Assembly (NCBI RefSeq): GCF_006345805.1
Contig: NC_043002.1
Coordinates: 93,372,001-93,436,000 of the forward strand
DNA length: 64,000 nucleotides
Direction: 5' to 3'
Source: Octopus sinensis
Lineage: Eukaryota
Under the pieces are notes generated by a model. That model saw only the letters and a program-made list of their open reading frames with translations. It was not told the DNA's origin and did no database searches. Both the position numbers and the translations under genes were made by a program. Positions 26,850 through 39,938 of the stretch are shown piece after piece (positions within the stretch are counted from its first letter, which is position 1; every line of letters begins with the position of its first letter).

Positions 26850-27178
26850 TTCTATGTGTTAAATAGGAGTGGGAGGCAGAGTGAAAGAACCACTCACTAC
26901 AGTAAGTGAATTACTTTCATTTATATTCCTTGCCACTGTGTGTGTGCGTTTGCGTGTGGTGTAAACCATACTAGAAAAGCATTTGACACACACCCAGATG
27001 TGAGTTTTCTGTAAATTTGCTAATTGGAGTTTAAATTTTAAAAACTGGACCTGGCATGACGTGATGCATTGTACTCTTAAAACTGCTAGGTAAAATTGTA
27101 ATTGAAGAAATCCATATTGTAGATTTGTATAACTCCCAAAGGGAGGCAGATAAAACTGCTTTTTATAATAAGAGATAT
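26850..27178 (-). mobile_element. Helitron-like dispersed repeat (5' part)
   Basis: Reverse complement of 51914-52250, which starts TCTCTTATTATAAAAGGCAG. Confidence 0.55.
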
Positions 27179-27289
27179 ATATGAAATTTTGAATTTAGTT
27201 CACTCTTGCCCTTCATCTTTTCGGGGTCAATAAAATAAGTACTGGAGTGAATGTAATCACCTAACCCCATCCTCCAAATTCCAGGCCTT

Positions 27290-27708
27290 GGATCTTTTCG
27301 GTTTGAACGGCAGTTTTTCTAGCGGTGTCGTATGAAATTGTCACCCATAATTATGACCCTAGTATCAATCTATTGCATTTCAATCTATTTTAGGGTTAGG
27401 GTTAGTTAGGGGTGGGGGGAAGGGTATCTTTTTTCTTCAGCAATGTAAATAAACCCAATCTGTTTCTTAAACGAGGGACATATTCATACGGCACAGAATG
27501 TTTTTTATGTCAATTGACGTCATTGATTGTTTGAAATTACAGAAATTGAAGAAAAAAAACAACAAATATCTTACAAACTATAGAATTTTCTCAATAAAGC
27601 AAAGAGAAAAAGATATTTTATAAACACATTCTACCAGTATACGAAGTTTAAAATTTTTTAGTTACCTAGAAATTATGTTAAAAACTGCCGTTCCAACCGA
27701 AAATATCC
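27290..27708 (+). mobile_element. Merlin-like MITE with 8 bp TSD (1 mismatch)
   Basis: caggcctt (27282-27289) and cacgcctt (27709-27716) flank the TIRs. Confidence 0.82.
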
Positions 27709-27975
27709 CACGCCTTCAGTATAAAAGATTATTATTATTTTATTGTGTCTGGGGAGAGTTATTCTCTTTTATTGCCTTATTACTTAACGTACTCAACGAT
27801 TCGATTTCCGCTCATTTACTTATTTATTTTTTTCTAAAATTTTCTTTGCCGTTTTACAACCTCTTCAATAATTGTTAAACTGTCCGTTATCAGAGTTGCT
27901 TTCTTTTAGTTTGTTTGTGTGCGTCATTGTGCATGTGTATACAGCTATGTATGCATGTATGTATATGCATATATA

Positions 27976-28378
27976 GGCGCAGGAGTGGCTGTGTGGTAAG
28001 TAGCTTGTTTACCAACCACATGGTCCCGGGTTCAGTCCCACTGCGTGGCACCGTGAGCAAGTGTCTTCTACTATAGCCTCGGGCCGACTAAAGCCTTGTG
28101 AGTGGATTTGGTAGACGGAAACTGAAAGAAGCCCGTCGTATATATGTATATATATATATATATATGCGTGTGTGTGTTTGTGTGTCTGTGTTTGTCCCCC
28201 TAGCATTGCTTGACAACCGATGCTGGTGTGTTTATGTCTCCGTTACTTAGCGGTTCGGCAAAAGAGACCGATAGAATAAGTACTGGGCTTATAAAAGAAT
28301 AAGTCCCGGGGTCGAGTTGCTCGATTAAAGGCGGTGCTCCAGCATGGCTGCAGTCAGATGACTGAAACAAGTAAAATA
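27976..28378 (+). mobile_element. SINE family A, full length and young
   Basis: Near-identical to the copy at 58498-58904. Confidence 0.88.
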
Positions 28379-28511
28379 GATATATAAATATATGTGTATG
28401 CGTGTGTTAGGTATGTATGTATGTATGTATTCTGCATATTCATGTGTTTGTGTGTTCATGTTTGTGTTTGTATGTGTACCCCTGTCTCCTTGTGTGTGCT
28501 TGTCTGTCCGT

Positions 28512-29461
28512 ATTACCTATGTACCTACCTATCTATCTGTTTATCTACATATCCATTTACACCCCACCCACGTGTGTGTATTTGTGTGTCTGTATAACAG
28601 CCTACTAACAACTCTACCTGTGTATATATAAACTGTGGGTATTGGGGTATGACTACCTTCTACGTATATTTCCTATTTAGTACTGGAGATGTTTCATTTA
28701 TGAGGACATACTCCTGTATTTGAGTGTTGGGTCCTTCGGGTGCTTGGATAAAATGCGGATGTCAAGTTGACCCAGGGTGCCTTCATGGTGGTAGAGTATG
28801 GAGGACTGTTTTAGTCGTCATAAAAGATTATCATAACTGTTCTTGACAGTGTATTAAGGACTGCGTAATACAGTTGTTTCTTTTCTGAAGATTCGAGGAA
28901 AATTTGCTTGCTATTTCTAGCATGTTGGTCAACCGTTTCAGACGCTCGCTTGTTGACTTTGTGTGAATGTAATGAAGACCTGTCAGTTTGGAGTGAGTGA
29001 ACGGGGGTTATCTCCCTTAAACCTTGAATCCTCGAGCTCTGTTGGACAGTTATACGGGATAGCGCAGCCAAATGCAGGCATTAGATCTGTTACGAAACAG
29101 CATCCAAATTCCATCATACCACAGAATGCCGTCTTTAAAAGGTTCATCCTTTTTAACCTCAGTAATGTGACTAGGTTCCCTCCTCATAGAGAAATGATGT
29201 GATGGTTTTGACTGGAATACCGCCGATCTGTGCTACGTCGTCGTCACCACCATGACCACCCACAACAAACACTAAGATAGCCGATTCTACGACGCAGTTT
29301 GCTGCTGTATTATATAAACCACTATGTTTTGGTGAAGGGCGTTGACAGTTTGGTATTATTTTGACAGCTTGTCCAGCACGCGGTTATTTTTCTTTGCTTC
29401 TGTTGCTTCAACATTCTGCGGTCTGTATGCGTATGTAAGTCTGTATGTAAACTTTTATATA

Positions 29462-29497
<36 letters not shown>

Positions 29498-31528
29498 AGT
29501 CTCTGTGTATATGTATGTTTTTGCGCAATTGTAGACATAGTCAAGTTTGTAATTAGTATATTTAATACAATGAGTATTAAAAAGTTAATTAGAGATATTT
29601 AAGTGGTAAAGAAAAAATCTTAATCATTGATATTGTTTTACCTCTTTCAACAAGCACGGGAGACAATTCTGAGCCAGCTTTGGTATTATTAGATCTCGTC
29701 AACAAACCATAGAATTCAAATTTATAATAATGTACACTGCTTGGTATATTATTATTATTATCAATATTATTTTGAGTGTTTTGGTTAGAAATTTTCCTTC
29801 TAAATCATCTAGTTCTGGATTCAGTCCCACTGTGTAGAACCTTGGGCAAACATCTTTTACTATAGTCCTGGACCCACCAAAGCCCTGTGGGTGGATTTTT
29901 AAGGACGGATATTGAAAGAAGCCCGTTATATATATGTGTGTATGTGTGTCCACCACCGCTTGACAACCAGTGTCTCTTTGTTTAACTCAGCAGTTGTCAA
30001 AAGAGATCGATATAGTGAGGCTTTAAAAAAAAAAAAGCACATGGGTCGATTTGTTCGACTAAACCCCTCAAGGTGGTATTCTAGCATGGCTGTAGTCCAA
30101 TGACTAAAAAAGAGGAAAGATCACATGTTGAAATTGCAGAAATAAAGGGAAATAATTTTGACTGGAAAAACTGTCAATGATATTAGATACAATGTCGCAT
30201 AACTATAGAGTAAATCAGAAAATGGAGATGTAACTACATGGCACATATTTGGGGTATCCGCTCTTTTAAACAGTTACTCAACAAGAGAGAGCCCTTTTGC
30301 ATTCACTAACAACTCAACTTGGAGGTTCTGTTTGTTTAGTGAAGTAAACTGAAGAAGCAGTTATGTCCCTTAGTCGTACAAAACTATGCTTAATGTAGTA
30401 ACAACTGACCTCGTGGCATTTTGGTCAGTTGTTCACCTGACCACATGTCCAGATGCTAACCATTCACATATATTTTATTTTAGGTTAGTAGACAGACACA
30501 ATGTACTACTTATTAAATTATTATCCTCATCATATCATTATTGCTAAATAAGTGTTGACACTAACTAGTACTATTTATTTGTGAGTGTGTTTGTCTCTCC
30601 TCATTACCTATGTACCTGTCTATCTGTTTATCTACATATCCATTTACCTACATACACACACACGTGTGTGTGCTTGTGTGACTATATAATAGCCTACTAA
30701 CAACTCTACCTGTGTATATATAAACTGTGGGTATTGGGGTATGACTACCTTCTATGTATATTTCCTATTTAGTACTGGAGATGTTTCATTTATGAGGACA
30801 TACTTCTGTATTTGTTTGAGTATTGGTTCCTTCAGGTGCTTGGATAAAATGTTGACCCTAGGTGCCTCCATATTGGTCTTTGACATGGTGGTAGAGTATG
30901 GAGGACTGTTTTTAGTCGTCATAAAGGATTATTATAACTGTTCTTGACAGTGTATAAAGGACTGTGTAATACAGTTGTTCCTTTTCTGAAGATGATGTGA
31001 TGTGATTCGAGGAAAATTTGCTTGCTATTTCTAGCATGTTTGTCAACCGTTTCAGATACTTGCATGTTGAATTAAATAGTGAAAAAAAAAAATATCAAGA
31101 ATTGATATTGTTTTACCTCTTTCAACAAGCATGGGAGACAATTCAGAGCCAGCTTTAGTATTATTAGATCTCGTCAATAAACCATAGACTTCAAATTTAT
31201 AATAATGTACGCTGCTTGGTATAGAAATATAAAAAATGTTTACTGGTTAGATTATTCTGAGAACCACTATCATGAAAATAAAACAATAATCAATTTAGAG
31301 TTAATATATTCAACGAAAGAAGTATAAAAAAAAATTTAGAAAAAACAAAACAGTATTGGTCAATTTTGAGTGTTTTGGTCAGAAATTTGCTTCTAAATCA
31401 GCTAGTTCTGGATTCAGTCCCACTGTGTAGAACCTCAGGCAAATGTCTTTTTCTATAGTCCTGGACCCACCAAAGCCCTGTGGGTGGATTTTTTAAGGAC
31501 GGATATTGAAAGAAACCCGTTTTATATA
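28512..31528. repeat. Local direct duplication (two blocks)
   Basis: 28512-28942 matches 30603-31056 and 29626-29932 matches 31101-31528, including a degenerate SINE with shared diagnostic changes. Confidence 0.85.
29220..29440 (+). promoter_or_regulatory. Candidate promoter / short non-coding first exon
   Basis: CpG cluster at 29220-29300, TATATAAA at 29311-29318, Inr-like gacagtt at about 29345 and donor-like AT|GTAAGT at 29435. Motif evidence only. Confidence 0.2.
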
Positions 31529-32787
31529 TTTAGAAAAAACAAAACAGTATTGGTTACTGATCAATATTATTTTTATCACCGTGATCACCGTGACCGACCA
31601 GCCTATCAGATGTAGTTACACATCGCTGGTCACAATGCATTCGCATTGTTTTAGCCGTCAAATGACGCCACTCCGCTGGCTAAGCGAGCAGGCCAACAGA
31701 AGAAAGAGTGAGAGAAAGTTGTGGTGAAAGAGTACAGCAGGGATCACCACCCCCTGCCGGAGCCTCGTGGAGCTTTTAGGTGTTTTTGCTCAATAAACAC
31801 TCACAACGCCCGGTCTAGGAATCGAAACCGCGATCCTACGACCGCGAGTCCGCTGCCCTAACCACTAGGCCATTGCGCCTCCACTATTTTCTTTATACAC
31901 ATTACATACTTGTATCAATGCAGCCGTCTCTCTTGCACACTACTTCTGATTCCTTATATCCAATTTTTCTCACAGCTCATTTATACTCCTATCATCCATG
32001 CACACTAGTATTATACATCCAGCAGAGCAAATTTACTTCATTCCTTTCTAGTTTTCTTAAATCTTTTGCTTTCAAAGCTCATGTCTTGCTGCCATGCAAC
32101 ATTGTGTTAAATATTTTCGTTTCAAATTTTGGCACTAGGCCAGCAACTTCAGGGGAGATGGAAGTCGATTACATCGACCCTAGTGCTCAAATGATACTTA
32201 TTTTATTGACCCCAAAAAGATGAAAGGCAAAGTTGGCCTTGGTGGAATTTGAACTCAGAACATTGCATTAAATATATTGAAATTAAATTAGTGTTTTGAT
32301 TTACTTGCCAAAGAGTCAGAGGTTATATCTTATCATCAATGCTGTTCATTGTATTAAACATGTAACCAACTAAATAGCTGCTATGGACTACTGAACAAAG
32401 GGTTGAAGGTTATGTCTTATCAATAGTGTTGTTAAAATAACTTTCAATGACCCAGTCTACCAAGTAATAAATAGCTACTTTAGAGGAGTCAAGATGACTT
32501 CTGTAAGTAGGAAAAGACAATAATAATAATAATAATGATGATGATGATGATAATAATAATGTTTCTAATTTAGCAAAAGACCAATAATTTGAATGGAGTT
32601 AGTTGACTACACCAACCCAGTTCTTGACTTGGTATTATATTTTATCAACCCTAGAGTTATGAAAGGTAAAGTTGATCTTGGTATGATTTGAACTCATAAT
32701 GTTCATTGTATTAAACATGTAAACAACTAAATAAGCTCTTTGCTTAACACCTTGGTTAAAATCTTGAACTCTGTAATAAGTAGAGTT

Positions 32788-33079
32788 CTTTTTTTCTGCC
32801 TTTTTCAAGCCATGGGCCCGGTTTCCTGGTTTATGTGTTCCCCCCAGCTGGACGGGATGCCAGTCCATTGCAGCGTTACTTAAGAAACAGGAAGAGAGAG
32901 TGAGAGAAAGTTGTGGCGAAAGATTACAACAGGCGTCACCACCACCCTCTGCTAGAGCCTTGTGGAGCTTTTAGGTGTTTTCACTCAATAAACACACAGA
33001 ACGTCCGGTCTGGGAATGAAATTGCGATCCTCCGACTGCGAGTCTGCTGCCCTAACCACTGGGCTATTGTACCTCCACA
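32788..33079 (-). mobile_element. SINE family C variant, 13 bp TSD
   Basis: TSD aataagtagagtt at 32775-32787 and 33080-33092. A related copy lies at about 31600-31885. Confidence 0.8.
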
Positions 33080-33109
33080 AATAAGTAGAGTTAGGAACCA
33101 AAAATTACC

Positions 33110-33440
33110 AATGTGATTTCTTTTGTCTTGGTCCTTTCTCAGCTGTGCCACTACTCTTCAGCTCACAGAAATGGGAATTCTCTCATTCTGCTGCCAGTTG
33201 TAGACATCTACCAAGTGGTTTCCACACATGTCTGGCATATAAATACAAAGCTTGTTGGACAGACCATTCAAACCAGGAAATTTGTTTCTGATACAGCTTG
33301 GTCATTACTTCCTATATTTCAGTGACTGTCTCAGCCTTTTTCCACACTTCTCCTCCAGTACCTAGAGTTGCTGAAGGCCATTGAAGTAGGTGCTGAAGTC
33401 CATTTTACTATCTCCCTCCATTTGTCCTGAACATTCAAGC
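33110..33440 (-). mobile_element. Tx1/L1-clade LINE RT N-terminal fragment
   Basis: Minus strand NKFPGLNGLS..YMPDMCGNHLVDVYNWQQNERIPISVS*RVVAQLRKDQDK matches the KxPGxDGL...IP motif of L1-group RTs. Confidence 0.7.
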
Positions 33441-33804
33441 TAAGTGCCACTGAAAAGCGGAAAATATTGCTTGAAATCAAATAGCATGCACTCATCATAG
33501 TCTACCAAATACCAAATTGTAGCTTTCTTGTCAGTTTTCCCCCTCATCAAATAACTTCCATTCCTTCATCATCATCATCATTTAATGTCTGTCTTCCATG
33601 GTGGCATGGAATGTACACTTGGATCTGACAAAACAACCTTCATATTTTGCTTTGAAGAAATTGTCAAGGGCCTGTCCTGCCAGAAGCATGTCAGTCATGA
33701 TGCCTTTTCTGAGCACCTGTTCTTGGTTTCTAATTAAATATCCCTTTAGTCTAGTTTTCTCTATCACTAATTTCTTACAAAACCTTATTGATTCTATTCT
33801 TTTG

Positions 33805-34310
33805 CCATTCTCAATGTGAACCATCTCCTCAAAGACATACATCATCTCGAAAGAGTCCAGAAGCTGGCTACCCACATGTTTCTTGGTCTCAAGCATTTGT
33901 CTTATGAAGAAAGGCTGAAGACGCTCGACCATTATTCTCTAGAAAAATGCTGCCGCTGTGGTGATCTCATTCTCGCTCACAACATCATAAGCGGAAAGTG
34001 TAACCTCTCGAAAGAACTGTTCTTCACTCTTGCTCCAGAGCATCGGCTGCGGGGTCACTCCGAAAAGCTCTATTTGTGACGATTTCATCTCAATCGAAGG
34101 AGAGGGGCTTTCTCCGTCTGGGTTGCAGATCTGTGGAATTAGCTGCTTGACGAGATAGTGAAGATGCCGACGACCGCTCGGTTCAAAGTCTCTCTTGACC
34201 AGAAATGGCCTGAACTCTTTGCATGAACACCCTACCTGTACATAACTCCATGTCCCTGTATATAACTTTGCTTTTGCTTTTTGAGCCAAAAAATTAACTT
34301 AACTTAACTA
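33805..34310 (+). mobile_element. CR1-clade LINE 3' end nested in the Tx1 element
   Basis: KDIHHLERVQKLAT..LSYEERLKTL..SLE..GDLI..RGHSEKL..RRGAFS..WN..FKVSLD, then a short 3' UTR and an (AACTT)n tail. Confidence 0.88.
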
Positions 34311-34329
34311 ATTTGCTAATCTGGTCTTT

Positions 34330-34830
34330 GTAACCTGATTTGGTTTGTCCATGTCGACATTTTCACATTCCCGATATCCAGTCAGACAGTTGGAAATATC
34401 TGAGAAGGTTTGCCAGGTTTACCCTTCTATCAACTAATTCTACATGGTCCAAATGTGCATACAAAATGGCAGTCCAGTCACCCACTAGCTATAGGGAATG
34501 TGATGTTCCTATGAAGACCTCCAGATGCCTGAAGAAACGCAGTTACTCTGCTTCTGCTAAGACATAGATGGCTATTAATCTGGAGGTATGGCCTTTGCTT
34601 CTGGTCATAGCCAGTATCAACAATTTACCTTCTTGCTCCAGGGAGATGATCTGTATCATGAGATCTAGATCTTTCTAAAACATCATGCTTTCTGATCCCA
34701 GATGACTTGAAGACGCATAAACTTCATAGCTGTTAAAGACTTTTGTGTCTCAGAAATTCTGGTCTTACTGTGGCCACTACATCTATATGTAGTGATCTGA
34801 GGATGTCAAGGAAATGGCTTTGATTCATAG
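34330..34830 (-). mobile_element. Tx1/L1-clade LINE APE endonuclease fragment
   Basis: Minus strand ETK..EGKLL..LIAIY..RFFRHLEVF..LVGDWTAIL..LANLLRYFQLSD. Confidence 0.7.
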
Positions 34831-36244
34831 GCAACTCTTTGTATTCACATATATTCATACTGCCTATTCTGAGTAAGGTCATGTTGGATAAAAAGGGGAA
34901 AAGTGAGAAAGACCACTTAAAAGGACAGGTATTCCCTCCTTCCAGCTAGTTGTGGGTGTTTCCATGTGTAACTCATTGTAGGGTTATTTGTTAATATTCC
35001 CTTGGAAATCTCCCATTCCAATGGGATATTTGTTTTTTTTAGAGGTTGCATGCGTTTTGTGTTGTTTTGATGATTTTACGTGTCGTAATATTTGTTGATG
35101 TGATGTAGTCATCATGTGTGATGCTTGTATATTGATTGATGTAAGTGGTTCATTAATTTTTTGTCGTTGTTTGTATCTGTGGTCGTGTAGTTAATTATTT
35201 TTTTTTGTTCATGTTGCAGGTACTGTTCTTGTTGTTGCTATAAATTAGATTGTTTGTGCTTGTTTTGGTGTTTGCAGTGTTAGTGGCATCATGTGGTGGT
35301 GGTGTTGATGGTATTGATGTCATTGTTAAGATGATACTGGTGTATCATTGCTTAAGTGCATCTCTCCCTTTCCTGGCTGTTATTAGTCATTGCTATGATG
35401 GTGGTACTATGTAGTGGGAGGTTTTGACTATGATTACCTCCAACTCTCTCTTGTTGCTGGCCGGTTGGCAAGGATGAAAACATGAATTCTATTTTGGAAG
35501 TTCTTTTGCCTTGCTTGAAAATTTCCTTTTTCAAAATTTTGCCTCATAGGGCGAGTAACAAAAGGAAATTCACCAGTTCTTGATAATCCTGGTTGATTTA
35601 ACAAGAAGATAATAAAATTAACTAACATAACCGCCTGGAAAGGAAAACAAAGCACTAATTTACAGCACTACTAAAACACATTCAGCTGCCTATCTAAAAA
35701 AAACCCCCTATCTTTTATCTTTTATTTGTTTCAGTGTTTGGACTGTGGCCATGCTGGGGCACCATCTAGAAGGGTTTTACTTGAACAAATTGACCCCTAT
35801 ACTCATTTTTTAAAGCCTGATACTTATTCTATTGGCCTCTTTTGCTGAACTGCTAAGTTGTGGGAACAGAACTGGCTAATAAGCAGTGGGGAGTGGGGAA
35901 ACACATACAGATATAAACATACATTTTCTTTTCCAATTGTGGTAGTCAAATATCTCCTCAATGGCAAGACACCTAATTCTAACCCGTTGTTATACTTTAA
36001 CTGCTCAACTGGCACAAAGCCACCTCCCTCAATATAAAATCCACTTCCCAGTTGTAAATTACCTAGTGACTCCCACCGGTTGTAGAGCCACGTTAAAAGC
36101 TATGCTGCTGGTGCCACATTAAAAGCACCCAATACACTCTGTAGAAACCATGCCAAAGCAGGCATTGGAGTTTGGTGCAGTTCCCTGGGTTGTCAGCTCC
36201 TGTCAAACTGTCCAGTCCATGCCATCATGGAAAATTAATATTAA

Positions 36245-36465
36245 CCCTTTAGTGTTTGCATTATTCTGCCAAAATTAATACTTTTTCATCCACATTGTTT
36301 TGAACCAATCCTGCATTATCTTGTAGCTATGAGATTTCGATGAGGTAGCTGTTAATTTTTCAAACGATATTGTAGGGTTGGTGTGAGAGACCAGATATGG
36401 CCAGTTTGAACATAAAACAGGCAGAATATTTTTGGCCGGATATGGCCAGTTTAAATGCTAAAGGG
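36245..36465. mobile_element. piggyBac-type MITE
   Basis: TTAA|CCCTTTAG...CTAAAGGG|TTAA. A second copy lies at 50574-50794. Confidence 0.8.
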
Positions 36466-37359
36466 TTAAATGATGATGATGATGCACACACACATTTCAG
36501 TTTCCATCTAACAAATCCTCTCACAAGGCTTAGGTTGACCTAGGGCTATATAGTAAAAGTCACTTGCCTAAAGTGCCATGTAGTGAAACTGAACCCAGAA
36601 CCTGGTGGTTGAGAAGCAAACTTCTTACCACACTGCCATGCCTGTGCCTATAAAAACAAAAAAGCTAAAAAAAAAAAAGAAAAAGAATTGAAAATCATAA
36701 TTTCATTTACTTTGATCTTTTAGAATATTTGATAACCTGGAGTATAAATAAATGTAAAAGGAGGCGTATAACTGTAAAATGAGGAATGTTCATGAGATTA
36801 GTTTCATTAATTAGTGTAACATGATAACAGCTTAATGAAAGAAAATTCTGTAGCGATGAAAGGTTGGTATAATGGAACTTTATTGCAGGAAAAAGGATGC
36901 AAAATAATTTACATTCATTCATTAAGTAAATTAGGTAAATGGAATAAATTTCCTCTTATCTGTAATTTTATCTTGTTTTCTGCGAAGTAAAAAAAAACAA
37001 GAAATAAAGCAATTTTTTTCCATTTTACAATTATCTTAGAACATTATAGATTTATTGAGTTCATGGTCAATAACTGAAATGTTAAGCAATCTAATGCATT
37101 AGATAAATTCCTTCTTTACCATAGAATAAGTACCAGGTTTAAAAATAATCACTTGGGTCAATTTTTTTGACTTAGCCCTTCAAAGCAGTGTCCCAGCAAG
37201 GCCTCAGTCAAATGACTGAAGTAAATTAAAGGTAAAGGGTAAAAGTTAATATTCCCTAACTGGTTTCAGTCATTGAATTGTGACCATAAAAGGTCAGCAC
37301 TTTTAGGGATTTTTGTTGATGGAAACTGTGTGAAAGTCCAGTGTGTGTGTGTGTTTGTT

Positions 37360-37392
<33 letters not shown>

Positions 37393-37407
37393 AATTAGAA
37401 AAAATTC

Positions 37408-37620
37408 ACAATGAAAAATTTAAATTATACCATTTAGAAAAAATTACAACTTATAGAAAAATTAAATATAAGATAAAACATGTAACAATGATTAAGTAAT
37501 AAATAATAAATAAAATATATACGTTTTATTTATTATTTTGCACATTGGTATATGTTTTATCTAATATTTAATTTTTCTATAAGATGTAATTTTTTCTAAA
37601 TGGTATAATTTTTTCATTGT
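37408..37620. repeat. Imperfect inverted repeat between (TA)n tracts
   Basis: Arms of about 100 bp around a loop at 37516-37523. Confidence 0.75.
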
Positions 37621-37686
37621 TGGATTGATAAAAGGTGTTTTCTTTTCCTAATTTATATATATATATATATTATATATATATATATA

Positions 37687-37870
37687 CAGTCTGCTTAAAA
37701 ATGTATACACACTTCAGGAAAGGAAAAATATATATTTTTATTCAGTGTTATCATAATTTGATAAAACAGCGAAAGAGGTATTTATATTTACAGAGGTACT
37801 TATACAAGATAAATACACAGAAATTTCCTTTTCTGAAGTATGTATACATTTTTATTTGGTGGACTTTGTG
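37687..37870. mobile_element. Tc1/mariner-type MITE, degenerate
   Basis: TA-flanked inverted ends aaaaatgtatacacacttcaggaaagga / tccttttctgaagtatgtatacattttt. Confidence 0.5.
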
Positions 37871-37900
37871 TATACATGTGTGTGTATGTGTGTACACACA

Positions 37901-38028
37901 TATGGATCAAAGCAGTTTGATTCAAATTTGTTGGTACTCTTGAGTTTCAAAGTATCATGCTAATGATTAGCATCATGCTTGAAACTCAAGAGTACTATCA
38001 AATTTGAATCAAACTGTTTTGATCCATA
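37901..38028. repeat. Near-perfect ~64 bp-arm palindrome
   Basis: tatggatcaaagcagtttgattcaaatttg...atgctaat g attagcat...caaatttgaatcaaactgttttgatccata. Confidence 0.85.
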
Positions 38029-38400
38029 CATGTAACTCCCAATAAATTGGTCGAGTGCCCTTCTTTCATTTGTCCACTCACTCATATATGTGTGTGTGTG
38101 TGTTTGTTTGTCAACCACACTTAACAACTAGTGTTGGCTTGTTTATATCCCTGTAACTTAATGGTTTGGCAAAAAAGACTAATAGAATAAGTATGATACT
38201 TAAAAAAAAAAAACACAATAAAACCCCTGTAAGTGCTGGAATGATTTGTTCTGCTAAAACCCTTCAAAACAGTGTCCCTGCAAAAGGCCATAGTCCAATG
38301 ACTGAAACAAGTGAAATAGAAACAATAAAAGATAAAGATATATTGACTTCAGAACTTAGTCTGATATATATTTTATTAATCTCAAGGACAGAAGGCAAAA

Positions 38401-38637
38401 GTGGAGGCACATGGCCTAGTGGTTAGAGCAGCAGACTCATGGTCGAGGGATCGTGGGTTCGAATCTCAGACCGGGCGATGTGTATGTTTATGAGCGAAAC
38501 ACCTAAGCTCCGCACGGCTCTGGCAGAAGGTAATGGCAAACTTCTGCTGACTCTTTTGCCCCAACTTTCTCTCACTCTTTCCTCCTGCATCTTGCAGCTC
38601 ACCTGCAATGGACCGGCGTCCTGTCTAGGTGGGGAAC
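38401..38637 (+). mobile_element. SINE family C, 3'-truncated
   Basis: tRNA-like head gtggaggcacatggcctagtggttagagc...ggttcgaatctc. Confidence 0.8.
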
Positions 38638-38639
38638 TA

Positions 38640-38871
38640 TTTGTTTCGGTCATTTGACTGTGGCCATGCTGGAGTACTGGCTTGATGGGATTTTTAGTCA
38701 AACAAATCGATCTCAGGACTTATTTTTTAAGCCCAGTACTTATTCTATTGGTTTCTTTTGCCAAACTGCTAAGTTATGGGGACATAAACACAGTAACACC
38801 AGTTGTCAAGCAGTGATGGGAGAACAGACACACACATAGATATATACATACATGCATGCATATATATATTT

Positions 38872-38911
<40 letters not shown>

Positions 38912-39085
38912 CACACACACACATGACAGGCTTCTTTTAGTTTCCGTCTACCAAATCCACTCACAAGACTTTGGTTGGCCTGAGACTATAGTAGCAGACA
39001 CTTGCCCAAAGTGCCACATAACAAGACTGAACCCAGAACCATGTGGTTAGGAACAAATCTTCTTACCACACAGCCACGCCTACAC
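38640..39085 (-). mobile_element. SINE family A
   Basis: Reverse complement of the family A consensus. Confidence 0.75.
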
Positions 39086-39117
39086 CTATATATTTTATAT
39101 ATAGATATGGACATGTG

Positions 39118-39154
<37 letters not shown>

Positions 39155-39515
39155 CACACACACACATATGCACACACAATGTATATATTTCTTTATTGCC
39201 CACTGGGGGCTAAACATAGAAGGGACAGACAAAGGGATTAAGTCGATTACCCTGGTACTTATTTAATTGACCCTGATGCTCACCTAACACCCAGATAATC
39301 TATACCCCAGCATCTCATATATTTCTGACATTTAATCTAAAGATTGACTCTTTCTGATGACATTCACAGAAACATAAAATAACACACAATATTAAAATGC
39401 TAGAGCACTGTCCTTGCTAAGTGGAATGGTAAACATGGCAAACTTAATGGTTTCGGTGGCTGTATAGGTAACTTGGTAGTTTAGTTAGCTTGGTAGACAA
39501 CTACTTTTGGAATTC

Positions 39516-39835
39516 ATCATCATCATCGTTTAATGTCCGTTCTCCATGCTAGCATGGGTTGGACGGTTCGACTGGGGATCTGGGAAGCCAGAAGGCTGCA
39601 CCAGGCTCCGGTCTTATCTGGCAATGTTTCTACAGCTGGATGCCCTTCCTAACGCCAACCACTCCGTGAGTGTAGTGGGTGCTTTTTACGTGCCACCTGC
39701 ACTGGCGCCAGGCGAGGCTGGCATTGGCCACGGTCGGATTGGTGCATTTTACGTGCCACCTGCACGGAAGCCAGTCGAGGCGGCACTGGCTTTGGCCACA
39801 ATTCGGGCGGCACTGGCTTCAGCCACGATTCGATT
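39516..39835 (-). mobile_element. SINE family D
   Basis: (cat)n tail, family D body and repeated tttacgtgccacc units. Confidence 0.78.
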
Positions 39836-39938
39836 TTTAAAATTAGATTTTTAAAAAGTTATATAATGTTTAGACCCCAAATACACTACAGCAAACAATT
39901 ATTCTGAAAGTTTTACCAAGTTTACAGGTACATTAATG

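Noticed and set aside
28811-29202. Overlapping 86 aa (-) and 79 aa (+) ORFs as possible exons
   Set aside because: No recognisable domain in any frame. The duplicated copy at 30603-31056 does not preserve a frame.
33582-34289. Two 116 aa minus-strand ORFs
   Set aside because: Antisense of the CR1 RT fragment.
38401-38475. tRNA-like sequence with A and B boxes (also 40170-40244, 27976-28040, 58498-58565)
   Set aside because: These are SINE heads. They continue into repeated SINE bodies with TSDs and lack a proper acceptor stem.
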